From an uncultured virus (IMG/VR IMGVR_UViG_3300012954_000006) (taxonomy: Duplodnaviria > Heunggongvirae > Uroviricota > Caudoviricetes), in IMG/VR virus record IMGVR_UViG_3300012954_000006: a DNA stretch of 64,000 nucleotides. One strand, 5' to 3'. Positions 42,018 through 51,755 of this stretch are shown here, in pieces. The notes beneath the pieces were generated by a model, which saw nothing but the letters and a program-made list of their open reading frames with translations, had not been told where the DNA came from and did not search any database. Made by a program: the position numbers and the translations under genes. Each line of letters begins with the position of its first letter. Position 1 is the stretch's first letter.

Positions 42018-42779
42018 TCAAATACTAGATATTGGTTTCCTTAAATAATTATATTTTCTTTTATGTATAACACCTGTGTATATCTGACATCTGCCACAAG
42101 TACCGTTAGAAACCGTTGCTACTCCACCTTCCGCCTTCTGTTTTTCTGTTAGAAAAGTACATCCACAATCAATGCAAACATAATCCGATGTGATATGCTT
42201 AGTATTTTTAATAGGCAGTTTAATAGCCTTATAACTTCCTTTTTTAGCATATTTTTTAAACTCACGCAACACCGTAATATTCATGTACTGCTCAAAACCA
42301 CTTGCCAAATGCTTCAACACATAACACGATTTTTTAGGCAGTTCAAATATGCGGTGTACAGGAGTTACAGATTGACAGTCGCTAGGATTAAAATAACTTA
42401 TCTTTTCTCTGTATTCCATTTCTGCCTCAAAATCGTAATACACCGCATATTCATCAAAAGTAATCTCACTAACAGTAGTAGGTAGTTCATCACCTTCTTT
42501 CCAGTGTTCACCTAAGATTAAAGCAACTCCTGTATCATGTTGTGGACGCTCAAAGTGTCCATCAATCAGCTTTTCACTATTTGCCAGCCAACTTAGCTCA
42601 ATATCAGTTTCTACATCATAGACTGTACCGTAGGAACTGTAATTGCCATACATATACTCTACTACCTTTCCTTTGTCTAGTAAGAATAAATGTACAACAT
42701 CGCCATGCTTTGCCTCGACTTCGGCACCACCTAATGCCAAGCGGTCTGACACTAAACATTTAAAATAAAAACTTCCCAT
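42018..42779 (-). CDS. hypothetical protein with C-terminal zinc finger
   Basis: CIDCG...CGRC. Confidence 0.65.
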   Translation of the reverse strand: MGSFYFKCLVSDRLALGGAEVEAKHGDVVHLFLLDKGKVVEYMYGNYSSYGTVYDVETDIELSWLANSEKLIDGHFERPQHDTGVALILGEHWKEGDELPTTVSEITFDEYAVYYDFEAEMEYREKISYFNPSDCQSVTPVHRIFELPKKSCYVLKHLASGFEQYMNITVLREFKKYAKKGSYKAIKLPIKNTKHITSDYVCIDCGCTFLTEKQKAEGGVATVSNGTCGRCQIYTGVIHKRKYNYLRKPISSI

Positions 42780-42780
42780 G

Positions 42781-43254
42781 TTATTGTTTTTTTAGTTTGT
42801 AATAAGTTTCTCTGTTATCATGGATAATGCCTCGCAAATTAGTAGATATTTCTATCCAAGCTTCATCTTTATTTTCCCATGCAGCAAGGTTAGTACGCTT
42901 GGGCGTTGACAAAAGTCCTGTAACAGCAAAAAGAGGGTCATAGCTGCCATTGTACACTTCTTTATCTAATGGCTTCGGAAATAACGTGGTAATGGAAGAA
43001 CGCAAAGAACCCGCTACACTTCTAATATACCCATTGTTGTAGTCAAAATCCCACAGCAAATCATCTGTCACAATAATAATATGTAGTACCCAATCGTAGC
43101 CTTCAATATGTTCTTGAAACGCCTCATTGGTAGAATATGTTATAATAGGGTCTTTAGTAAACCTTTTGGTAAGAGCAAGTCTTTTCGTCATTTTTTTAAC
43201 AAAAGGACTTGCCATGTCTTCTTCTGAAATAATAATATTGATTAATAGTTTCAT
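42781..43254 (-). CDS. degenerate TIR (TIR_2-like) domain protein
   Basis: Aligns by eye with bacterial TIR: IIIVTDDLLWDFDY vs LLVSxDFLASDY; WENKDEAWIEISTNLRGII vs WxNxDEAWxxVxxGIRxxI; catalytic Glu absent. Confidence 0.55.
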   Translation of the reverse strand: MKLLINIIISEEDMASPFVKKMTKRLALTKRFTKDPIITYSTNEAFQEHIEGYDWVLHIIIVTDDLLWDFDYNNGYIRSVAGSLRSSITTLFPKPLDKEVYNGSYDPLFAVTGLLSTPKRTNLAAWENKDEAWIEISTNLRGIIHDNRETYYKLKKQ

Positions 43255-43265
43255 TTTTTATTTTT

Positions 43266-44189
43266 CTATTGAAAAATAGATAATAATTCTTTTTCTGATA
43301 ATGTTGTGAATATCGGTGCATCACGCTCACGCTTGTACTCTTGTTGAAGCACAATACGGTTATTTCGCACAATCAATAAGTGAGTAGGCTTTTGTAGTGT
43401 ATATTTAGATAAGGATAAGTGCAAATGATGGTTATTTACCCCAATCCTCTTATTCATTTCCAACATTGAAAACATCTGTCTGTGTTGTTCCTTTTCCTTT
43501 TCTGTAAAAAAACAAACAGCCAGAAAAGAAACGGTATCAAGAACTAATGTAGATTCATAATCATGTCTTTGTTTGTTGGTGTTTAAATAAATAGTTCTGT
43601 TACTTAACACCGAGCAGTTTGCGAAAGTATTGCTATATGGGATAGGTATATAGTAGTTATGATTATGAGCGGTTTCTTGTATCAATAAATTACCATTAGC
43701 CATACATGATTTAGATTCTACTCCATCTCTAAAAAAGGGATTAAAGGTAAGTGGATATACTGTATAAGCATTTTTATTGAAATCTTTTTTGCAAACAACT
43801 AAACAACCGTTATCATCATCATTTGATGCTAATAAAAATAAGGTGCTTTGTGCTACTTTAGTGTTTAAGTGCCAACGATACTCGCTACTAGGTTTTATTT
43901 GTTCTATTCTTGAAAATAGTAGATATGGAGTAATTAACTCTTTATTATCTACATCAAAAACCTGTAACTCGCCAGATGGCAAGGTAACTACTGCCCAGAT
44001 GTATTGATGGTGCTGCTGAATATCTGAATAGTCAAAAGGCAAATATACATTTTGAGGATTGCCATTTTCACACAATCCATACAAACCTGTTATTTTGTCT
44101 TTGTAAACAGCAAAGTAGTCTTTTCTTAACTCGTGACTATATTGATATTCACTAAACAAACCTTTTATAAATCTTGTTAATCTTTTCAT
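43266..44189 (-). CDS. hypothetical protein with WG-like repeat at N-terminus
   Basis: TGLYGLC...LPFDYSDI. Confidence 0.6.
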   Translation of the reverse strand: MKRLTRFIKGLFSEYQYSHELRKDYFAVYKDKITGLYGLCENGNPQNVYLPFDYSDIQQHHQYIWAVVTLPSGELQVFDVDNKELITPYLLFSRIEQIKPSSEYRWHLNTKVAQSTLFLLASNDDDNGCLVVCKKDFNKNAYTVYPLTFNPFFRDGVESKSCMANGNLLIQETAHNHNYYIPIPYSNTFANCSVLSNRTIYLNTNKQRHDYESTLVLDTVSFLAVCFFTEKEKEQHRQMFSMLEMNKRIGVNNHHLHLSLSKYTLQKPTHLLIVRNNRIVLQQEYKRERDAPIFTTLSEKELLSIFQ

Positions 44190-44258
44190 ATTCTTTGTTC
44201 ATTACTGTTGTTGATTTTTTATTACTTAGTAGCAATACCACTTATAAGGCTTTTTATT

Positions 44259-44909
44259 TTACTCATTTTTTCTTTTTTTCAGCGTTTGGATTGAATTAAA
44301 TATATCTATATCAAAATCATCTAACAGCGGCATTACTTTTTCGTTGTCACACTCGTCAGACCACAAATAAGCTTTAGATATGTAAGAAGGCTCTTGCCAA
44401 AAATATCTAGGCATTTCAACAGTACGCAACCCATCGGCAGTTTCCAAAGGGAAGTTAGACAATTGACACTTATACCAAAAGGTGTTATAGCGATGCTTAC
44501 TTGATTTTTGCAACGCCACCAGTTCATGCAAGTCAAAATATTGCTTTAAAAACGCCACTCTCTCGCTTGCATCAACTATCTTTATGTTTGTACCATGTAC
44601 CGACTTCCACCAATCTAGCAGGTATTTTTGCCACCAACGGATATATGTTGTATTGAATACTTTAGTTGTATAAGCAAATGAATGAAATACATCTTGAGTA
44701 AGTAGGTTATTCCAGTCCTTTGATTTATGCCTATCAATACCTAATCTAATGACTAATATGTCTTCGTCTAATAGTAAGCCATTCTTTAAGATAACCTCCT
44801 CTAATACAAAAACAAACCTTTCTACTGCTGTTTTTTGCTTATTATATTCACGCTCAATAATGGGTACTTCTCGCCCAAATATCGATTTTATTTCTTGTGT
44901 CACACTCAT
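44259..44909 (-). CDS. C-terminal half of a response-regulator-like protein (receiver domain absent)
   Basis: GLLLDEDILVIRLGID..S.DW, RWW...DWW, ERV, FW..C, DGL, WQEPSYIS recalled from bacterial REC-fused proteins. Confidence 0.55.
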   Translation of the reverse strand: MSVTQEIKSIFGREVPIIEREYNKQKTAVERFVFVLEEVILKNGLLLDEDILVIRLGIDRHKSKDWNNLLTQDVFHSFAYTTKVFNTTYIRWWQKYLLDWWKSVHGTNIKIVDASERVAFLKQYFDLHELVALQKSSKHRYNTFWYKCQLSNFPLETADGLRTVEMPRYFWQEPSYISKAYLWSDECDNEKVMPLLDDFDIDIFNSIQTLKKRKNE

Positions 44910-45601
44910 TTTAAAACGTTTTTCACATGATTAATGTACTTATCAAAGTCCTCTATCTCATAAAAAGACAAGTGCTGGCGAATCTTATCCAACGCTTTCT
45001 TATTATCAATATTATTTACAATGTAATTTTTAGATACATAGCCAGTTGTTTGAAATGGATATGGGTGTCGCAAGATGCAAAAGCACAAACATGCCAAAAC
45101 TTTGAGGAGGAATGAACAGAAGGAACATTTATAGGCTCAAAGCTGAAACCATATCGCTCATTAATTAATGTCACTCGCTCTTTGGCTGTTAAAAGCTGTA
45201 TTGATTTAGATTCTTTAAAGTTGTCACTCCACCAATCAAACAGCCCTTCTAGCCACCAAAAGCCACCGATTTTATAATCATGGTACACTCCTTGATATTT
45301 ACAAGCTTTCAATTCTTCTAATAGGCTTTTCCACTCATTAAGATTTGATGACCTTTTAATACCAAGTTGTACTGCCAAAAGCTGTTGCTACATCAAGATC
45401 TGTCAATATGTAATAGGTGCTTTAATATAAAGTTAGCTTTTTCGAGAGTGGTGTCAAAATGGTAAAAATACTGCTGTGCACCTTCTAATATGTGTCGGTG
45501 TTTTCTTCACAAGCCATCAACTCTCTTAGACTAGCAGTCTCGCTAATTCTTTTAAGAGATGCAGGAATGTGTTGTAATTTTAAATTTTTGTATAGTTTCA
45601 T
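44906..45601 (-). pseudogene. fragmented paralog of 44259..44909
   Basis: Pieces in different frames: LAVQLGIKRSSNLNEW..WWLEGLFDWW..ERV..FWHVC and HPYPFQTTGYVSKNY; in-frame stops upstream. Confidence 0.65.
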
Positions 45602-45640
45602 TTTTTGATTAGAATTAAGTATAAATAGTCTCAATATGTA

Positions 45641-45727
45641 CAAATATACATATTCAAACTTGCTTTTTCTAAAATTTCACATTTTTTTATGCAAAAAAAA
45701 TAGCGATAAGTTTTATTCTTATCGCTA
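45641..45727 (-). promoter_or_regulatory. terminator + promoter cassette (duplicated at 46164-46249)
   Basis: TAGCGATAAG-AATAAAA-CTTATCGCTA T-tract, then TATATTTG at 45641-45648. Confidence 0.75.
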
Positions 45728-45749
45728 CAATACGGTAACTAGATTGTCT

Positions 45750-46112
45750 CTATAATCTTATATCTTGCTTTTTTATTAAAGCTTTATTCAGCCTTTTTAG
45801 ATTCGACAGAAAAGCTTTACTTTTCACTAGTGTTAATGAACTCCAATCGCCATTAACTTCATTATTACACTCCCACTTAATATCATTCATTATCGAATCT
45901 TTAATATGTCCTCTACCATTCAAATATACTAAAGCTTTTTCTATTAAATTTCCATTTAAGTGTGTAAAGAACTCTTTTTTATCATTTAAGACTTCCATGA
46001 CTACGCCAAATGATGTAATATGTTTTGCCATATCCATTTTTAATTTTGCTATCTCATATTCACGTTTAGTAATACTTAATTCTTCTTGAAATTGTTGCAT
46101 GTACTCTTGCAT
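45750..46112 (-). CDS. hypothetical protein (start revised to ATG 46112)
   Basis: Single-gene cassette between duplicated terminators. Confidence 0.65.
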   Translation of the reverse strand: MQEYMQQFQEELSITKREYEIAKLKMDMAKHITSFGVVMEVLNDKKEFFTHLNGNLIEKALVYLNGRGHIKDSIMNDIKWECNNEVNGDWSSLTLVKSKAFLSNLKRLNKALIKKQDIRL

Positions 46113-46163
46113 GATTGTTGTTTTTATTTGATTAATAATAGCCTTTCTCTCAAAGGTCTGATG

Positions 46164-46249
46164 CAAAGGTAAAACATTTTATTGAGACTTCCAAGTATTT
46201 CACAATTTTTATGCAAAAAAAATAGCAATAAGTTTTATTCTTATCGCTA
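46164..46249 (-). promoter_or_regulatory. terminator + promoter cassette
   Basis: Near-identical terminator to 45685-45727; TACCTTTG at 46164-46171. Confidence 0.7.
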
Positions 46250-46259
46250 TAATGAGTTA

Positions 46260-46688
46260 CTAAAGGATATTGACTTTGATAATTTGCCAAATATCACTTA
46301 CCCAATCAATTTGAAAATGATATTGATTAATTACAGCTAGAGACAGTAAAGCAACACTTATCAAAAGACCTTTTTTCATTCTCAATTTAACATCTGGTGC
46401 AGTATAATCTAAGTCCTTGTTCTTTTTTCTTGGAATAAACCTAATGAGTTGAATCAGAAATAGAGGGTAATTCATTGTTGTCATTCCGAAAATCATTAAC
46501 CCAATTTCAAAAAAAGCAAGCAGTACCACAATGCATCCGCCAAACGCTACATTGTTTTCAATATCTGTACCGTTGTTTTTATGGTCTCTCAATAAACACA
46601 ATAGTTCTGCCAAAGCATCTACTATAAAAACACAAATGAATTTGGCGAAAATTAACACTACCAAAAGTAAATAAAATATATGTATCAT
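46260..46688 (-). CDS. membrane protein
   Basis: 3-4 hydrophobic segments. Confidence 0.65.
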   Translation of the reverse strand: MIHIFYLLLVVLIFAKFICVFIVDALAELLCLLRDHKNNGTDIENNVAFGGCIVVLLAFFEIGLMIFGMTTMNYPLFLIQLIRFIPRKKNKDLDYTAPDVKLRMKKGLLISVALLSLAVINQYHFQIDWVSDIWQIIKVNIL

Positions 46689-46713
46689 TGTTTTAAATTT
46701 TAGTTTTTGTTAT

Positions 46714-47259
46714 TTATTTCGCAATACCGGGAACATCAGTTGTATCAATAAGCAATTCGCCATCTGGCCAATAGTCTTTGAAATAAGTAATATTTTCCTC
46801 TAGGTATTTTTTTAATGATTTATCGCTTCCAAATCTTTCAATAAAAATATCGTAATATATCACTTGGCGAAAACAACTCAATGTCAAAAATAATATTTTT
46901 GCTACAACTATTGGTCTGCAATTGCCGTAACGCTCTGCAACATCCAAGCAAAGTTCAAATGTCTCATTATTTTGTAGATGTTTAGCCTCTTTCAATATCA
47001 TTGAAAGATTGTAAATATTATCATTTTCTTGCGTTATATAATACTCTAACATCTCTTTACTTTGCATGAAAGAACATTTACATATCATATAAGCAATATC
47101 TAAGCCTTGCCATTGATGTTGCTCTACAAGCATTGAGAAAGCAGGTACGGTGTCTGGAGGAGGCTCATTCAAGAAAACATCTAACCCAACATACCGCTTA
47201 GACAAACCTTTTATCATCTCTTTATCTATATTCATTAGTGATTTTTTTATATAAAACAA
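46714..47259 (-). CDS. hypothetical protein
   Basis: 181-aa ORF. Confidence 0.6.
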   Translation of the reverse strand: MFYIKKSLMNIDKEMIKGLSKRYVGLDVFLNEPPPDTVPAFSMLVEQHQWQGLDIAYMICKCSFMQSKEMLEYYITQENDNIYNLSMILKEAKHLQNNETFELCLDVAERYGNCRPIVVAKILFLTLSCFRQVIYYDIFIERFGSDKSLKKYLEENITYFKDYWPDGELLIDTTDVPGIAK

Positions 47260-47290
47260 AGTTTAGTGTCGGAAATATTTTATCCAACAT

Positions 47291-47331
47291 AACTTAAATA
47301 CTACCCACTATAAGTAGGTAGTATTTAAGTT
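47291..47331. repeat. palindromic element family C, copy 3
   Basis: AACTTAAATACTACCCACT-ATA-AGTAGGTAGTATTTAAGTT (one mismatch). Confidence 0.85.
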
Positions 47332-48005
47332 TAATTTAGACAGTCTTTTTGCATTTGTTCAAACTCCTCTTGTGATAAGGTTTTGTTTGTCACAACACTA
47401 CGTCCAATATATTTGTACCACCAAACCTTAAAATCTAATGGTTTGTACCAAAAGTTTGGAGCAAGCACATCACCGTTATTATTTTTTTCTGCACCGAAAT
47501 TATCTACCCATTCTTGTTTTAATAACGCTTCATCATCAAAGCAGTAAGGGCAATCTTTTTTTTCGCACCAACAAAACGGCTGCATTACTATATTCTCATT
47601 TCTGTATGTTGTGCCATATTTTTCTGCATACTCTCCTTTGCCTTGTGAATGTTGCACAGCAAATGCTCTTAAAAAGTTTTCGACTACATTATCTGTAATG
47701 CCTTTGCCTAAAAACCCTTTAGGCAGTACGACATTTACTTTAGATTCTCCTTTTTTCATATCCACAAATTCAAGTGTTTTAAATTGAGCAAGTAATCTCA
47801 TTAGATATTCATTACTGCCACTTTGTTGTGCATCTGTGATAGCCTGCTCAACAAAGGTTTTAAATTTTTGATTAACTGACATTGCAGTTTCAAAGCGATG
47901 GTTTCCTTGCACTAATGCAATCCCCAAGTTATTTAGTTTGTCTAAAATTGCCATTTTCATGTTTATTATATTATAAAGATTTAATTTTTTATTTTTTTGA
48001 GGCAC
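47331..48005 (-). CDS. conserved phage hypothetical protein
   Basis: CWCEKKDCPYC and PNFWYKP..VWWYKYIGR motifs. Confidence 0.65.
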   Translation of the reverse strand: MPQKNKKLNLYNIINMKMAILDKLNNLGIALVQGNHRFETAMSVNQKFKTFVEQAITDAQQSGSNEYLMRLLAQFKTLEFVDMKKGESKVNVVLPKGFLGKGITDNVVENFLRAFAVQHSQGKGEYAEKYGTTYRNENIVMQPFCWCEKKDCPYCFDDEALLKQEWVDNFGAEKNNNGDVLAPNFWYKPLDFKVWWYKYIGRSVVTNKTLSQEEFEQMQKDCLN

Positions 48006-48022
48006 ACTTACATTGTCTCATA

Positions 48023-48430
48023 TCAACAATAAGATTTCTTTTCTGCTGCACTTTTTTCAAATCGTGACAAATGAGGTCTTTTTGACAGCTCTTTTTTTAG
48101 TGCCTGATAATACTTCATTCGTTTTCTGTGTGATTGTATGGCATCTGCAAAATCAAATGTTTCTTTAATAAGAAAAAAGGCCTTTTTCATCAAAGCAGGG
48201 TCATTATTATAATGAGAACTATTCTGATGAATAAACTCTTTAATATACTCCGATGAACCAATATAATGTGCTGGATATTCAAACAAGTCATTATTGAATC
48301 TGCGAAAAGAACAAAGTAATCGCATTAAATCAAAAGTGCTTAATTCAGAGAAAGTAACACACGAATAAACAATGTGCAATGGTTTTGTATTTGGGTCTGC
48401 TTTGATTGGAAAATCCTCTAATCTTTTCAT
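48023..48430 (-). CDS. hypothetical protein
   Basis: 135-aa ORF. Confidence 0.6.
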   Translation of the reverse strand: MKRLEDFPIKADPNTKPLHIVYSCVTFSELSTFDLMRLLCSFRRFNNDLFEYPAHYIGSSEYIKEFIHQNSSHYNNDPALMKKAFFLIKETFDFADAIQSHRKRMKYYQALKKELSKRPHLSRFEKSAAEKKSYC

Positions 48431-48441
48431 ATTTATTTTTT

Positions 48442-49773
48442 TTATCTAAATACCCTCGTAAGACCTGACCTGATTGCTATTATTCCAAAGGCTAAAATCA
48501 ATATCTTTGAGGTTGTTTTTTTTGAGTTAAAAATAGACTTACCTGTCATTATCTTGCGTGGCTCTACCTGTTTCCAAACAATTTGTGGCTGCGGATTGCT
48601 TGGTTTTAACAAAAACACGACATTTCCTTGCATCAAGTAAAGCGAAAAATCAATACCTTGTGCTATCATTTCAAGCACATCTTGCTTTGACTTATACCTG
48701 CTTCCCTTACTATCATATTTGTATTTTTTTAAAATGTATATTAAAATAGCGTCAAGCTTTATTAGGTCAGCGATAAACACCGTTTTATGTCGGTTGCTCT
48801 CATTAAAGAAATCAACACTACTGTTATTTGGATGGGATATTTTATTCAGTACAATACCCTCTACCTGACTACCTTTCTCATCTTTTCTTACAAAATCCAA
48901 CACATAAACATTATCAAAAAATGAGATAAAATAAGAATAGTAAGTATTGCCTTTATCCAGCTTCCGCTTGACACAGGTAAGTGTAATAGTTTCATCTGTA
49001 ATAATGGGTATGTTGATGGCGTAAAGGTCGGAAACATCAACCAACTTGTATAGCTGGTTTTCTAGGCTACTGTAATGTGTTCTATCTTCTTTTTGAAGTA
49101 CCTTATTCCACAAATAATAGTCAAAAGTCATAAAGTAACCATCACTAGGAATATTAGAGTTTCCTAGAAATAAAATATGACTATCTCCCAGCAATGCCTT
49201 CAATGTCTTAATATCTTTGTCGCTCCACTCATTAGGTAATTGCTTTTTATAATACTTCCTAAAGTATGTTTTGGTATTATCACTTACTTCATTAGATATA
49301 ACTTCATGTAACATAAAATTAAAGGAATTGATAATCCCCCAATCCAAAACTTTCATAGCACCGCTAACTTTCAGTTCAAAATCTTCCACAGTAAAGTTGG
49401 CTAATACCTTGCCACTATCTGATACTGTAACATGGATAACTGGGTCTGCCTTAACATAGCAATCTATATACACTTCATAAATTAGTGTAACCTTTGTAAT
49501 GACTTGAAAATGTATGGTAAGCTCAAAATTGTCTAGCAATTCCCCTGACAAGCAACTCCTCAAGAATTTTGACTCCCACTCTTTTTTTATGGTATTGTAG
49601 TAATGCATAAAGCATAAGACATTATCTACAAAAACATTACCCATAAACCTATCAAAAGTCTTTTGCAATCGCAGCATATTGTCAGCATACTGCAAACTAT
49701 CTACCAAGTCTTGAAACGCTTGTGTGGATGCTTTTTGCTGCACTTTCGATTGTAATTGCTGTGCCGTTATCAT
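48442..49773 (-). CDS. hypothetical protein
   Basis: 443-aa ORF. Confidence 0.7.
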   Translation of the reverse strand: MITAQQLQSKVQQKASTQAFQDLVDSLQYADNMLRLQKTFDRFMGNVFVDNVLCFMHYYNTIKKEWESKFLRSCLSGELLDNFELTIHFQVITKVTLIYEVYIDCYVKADPVIHVTVSDSGKVLANFTVEDFELKVSGAMKVLDWGIINSFNFMLHEVISNEVSDNTKTYFRKYYKKQLPNEWSDKDIKTLKALLGDSHILFLGNSNIPSDGYFMTFDYYLWNKVLQKEDRTHYSSLENQLYKLVDVSDLYAINIPIITDETITLTCVKRKLDKGNTYYSYFISFFDNVYVLDFVRKDEKGSQVEGIVLNKISHPNNSSVDFFNESNRHKTVFIADLIKLDAILIYILKKYKYDSKGSRYKSKQDVLEMIAQGIDFSLYLMQGNVVFLLKPSNPQPQIVWKQVEPRKIMTGKSIFNSKKTTSKILILAFGIIAIRSGLTRVFR

Positions 49774-50410
49774 AAGTTATCTTCGTTTTGGTATGCTTGA
49801 TGCAAAGCCTCTATAATTTCTCGCTTGCTTTCTTCTGGGTGCTGTGTCTGAACACAATAATTCCCTATCTTATTTGTTTTGCAGCACCAAGCAATAGCAG
49901 ATTCGATTTGCTCCAATGTACCATAGACGGATATGCCATTGACCGTAACAGATGCAAATGCACCTGTACGATTTTCATTTTCGTACTCATGCTTGTCATT
50001 ATACCAATCTACAAAATCACTAGCATCTTTGTAGATGTCAAATTGAGGTGCAAAATAAAGGTGTAATATTTCAGTTGTTGTAGCCATTATTTATTTTTTT
50101 CTTAATTGTTTTAAAATATAATTACTTAAAGCATTCGATATTATTTATCATTTAAAAAGCTCTTTAATAGCAATACCTTCAGGCAAGTGACACTTTAACC
50201 AAAAGCTTACATAGCCAATATTTTCTAGTATCGCATCTTCATAAATTTCTATTGTTGGGAAAAGCATGGAAAAATCATCAAGCAAGTATTCAGGAATATC
50301 TACCTTAACATCAGTACCTGTTTCGTCATAACTGTAACTTATTCGTTTTCCAATAAAGAAATTGCTATACTTCCATAACTCTTGTAAAGATTTTTGTGTA
50401 GCCATAATAT

Positions 50411-50905
50411 TTATTTTTTAATTTTATTTATATGAGGTTTGCCATAATTATCACTCGATACATCATAATCAATAGCTCCGCTTAATTTTATTTTTTGCAA
50501 GATATTGATAGCATTTTGAATACCCAACTCTTTAGCACAACGTATTAAAGTTTCTGTATTTTGCTTTTCCCAAAAAAGTGGATGTTGAACTTTGTGTTTC
50601 GCCACTATTTGACGAAGAGAATTTTTGCGTTCTGCTTGCCGTTGTTGCAAATATTCTATTTCAGACAAAAGATAGTCGTCTAATTCCTTATAGAATTGTT
50701 CTTTAGACATCGCTGGGTGCTTTCCTACAACTATGTCACAATCTAATGTATGACGTGTTTCTTTCTCATCATTCCACAGAACAGTATATTCATTGTCAGT
50801 AACTGCAATAACACATCCAATACTGCCATCGCCAAGTTCATGTCCCATGTCGTCATACTCCCACAACATGACAATGTCATCTACTTTGTATTTATTTATA
50901 GTCAT
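50411..50905 (-). CDS. hypothetical protein with SH3-like N-terminus
   Basis: YKVDDIV...IGCVIAV...YTVLW. Confidence 0.6.
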   Translation of the reverse strand: MTINKYKVDDIVMLWEYDDMGHELGDGSIGCVIAVTDNEYTVLWNDEKETRHTLDCDIVVGKHPAMSKEQFYKELDDYLLSEIEYLQQRQAERKNSLRQIVAKHKVQHPLFWEKQNTETLIRCAKELGIQNAINILQKIKLSGAIDYDVSSDNYGKPHINKIKK

Positions 50906-51660
50906 TATTTGTGAAATTTTAAAATATGTTTTTTTTGATTTTCTTCCACCATAAAGATATTTTCATTCAACATACTAATAGTGCTATCATATATAAAAGC
51001 AGTAATTTCTTTACCATCTTTATTGATGATACCCCAGCGTTCTTTTATTCGTGCTTGGAAGTATTTAGATGTTCGAGTATTAATAACACATATAGCGTCA
51101 AAGTCATGTGCCGAAATAATATTACCTTTTCTATTTAAAAGCAAAGTTCCGTTTTTCTGATTTACCGCAAAACGATTTTCACTTAACATACTCATGTTTT
51201 TGCCATACGCTGTCAAGATAACTTTATTGTCGCTAGATACGATTTGATGCTTACCATATACAGCATCAAAGTTAATTTCATAATAGCCAAAGTCATTCTT
51301 CCAAATATAATAGCACTTTTGAAAAGGAATAATGATGTTTAACTCCAAGTCCAATATTGCTAGTTTATTATTTAACCTAGCTAGATAGTAGTCATCAAAA
51401 CGAGCTAATCCATCATAATATCCTCTTGTAAGAAAGATTTTAGTATTTGTATCAAACAAACCATACTTACCATCATTATCAATAACTCTTGTGACACCAT
51501 CATCTAGCACTACAAATGAACCGTGCTTATTATCACAAGGTAACACTAATTCGCCATTGCTCATATCTAGTAAGCCAAACAAACTTCCTTTTTTAACACT
51601 AGCATATCCATTGTGGTTACATCCCACATAGTCATATACTCCTAAATTTTTTACATTCAT
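50905..51660 (-). CDS. WG-repeat protein (start revised to ATG 51660)
   Basis: GSLFGLLD, DGKYGLFD, ERWGIINKDGKEITAFIYD repeats. Confidence 0.8.
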   Translation of the reverse strand: MNVKNLGVYDYVGCNHNGYASVKKGSLFGLLDMSNGELVLPCDNKHGSFVVLDDGVTRVIDNDGKYGLFDTNTKIFLTRGYYDGLARFDDYYLARLNNKLAILDLELNIIIPFQKCYYIWKNDFGYYEINFDAVYGKHQIVSSDNKVILTAYGKNMSMLSENRFAVNQKNGTLLLNRKGNIISAHDFDAICVINTRTSKYFQARIKERWGIINKDGKEITAFIYDSTISMLNENIFMVEENQKKHILKFHK

Positions 51661-51677
51661 AGTTAATTGATTTTTTA

Positions 51678-51755
51678 CAAAGCTACTTATTTTTTCGCTT
51701 TTTTCATAATTTTTAATCAAAAAAAAGCGAGGCACTTAATTTATAGTGTCTCGCT
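51678..51755 (-). promoter_or_regulatory. terminator + promoter cassette
   Basis: AGCGAGACACT..AGTGCCTCGCT T-tract; TATGAAAAAAGCGAAAAAATAAG-TAGCTTTG. Confidence 0.75.
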
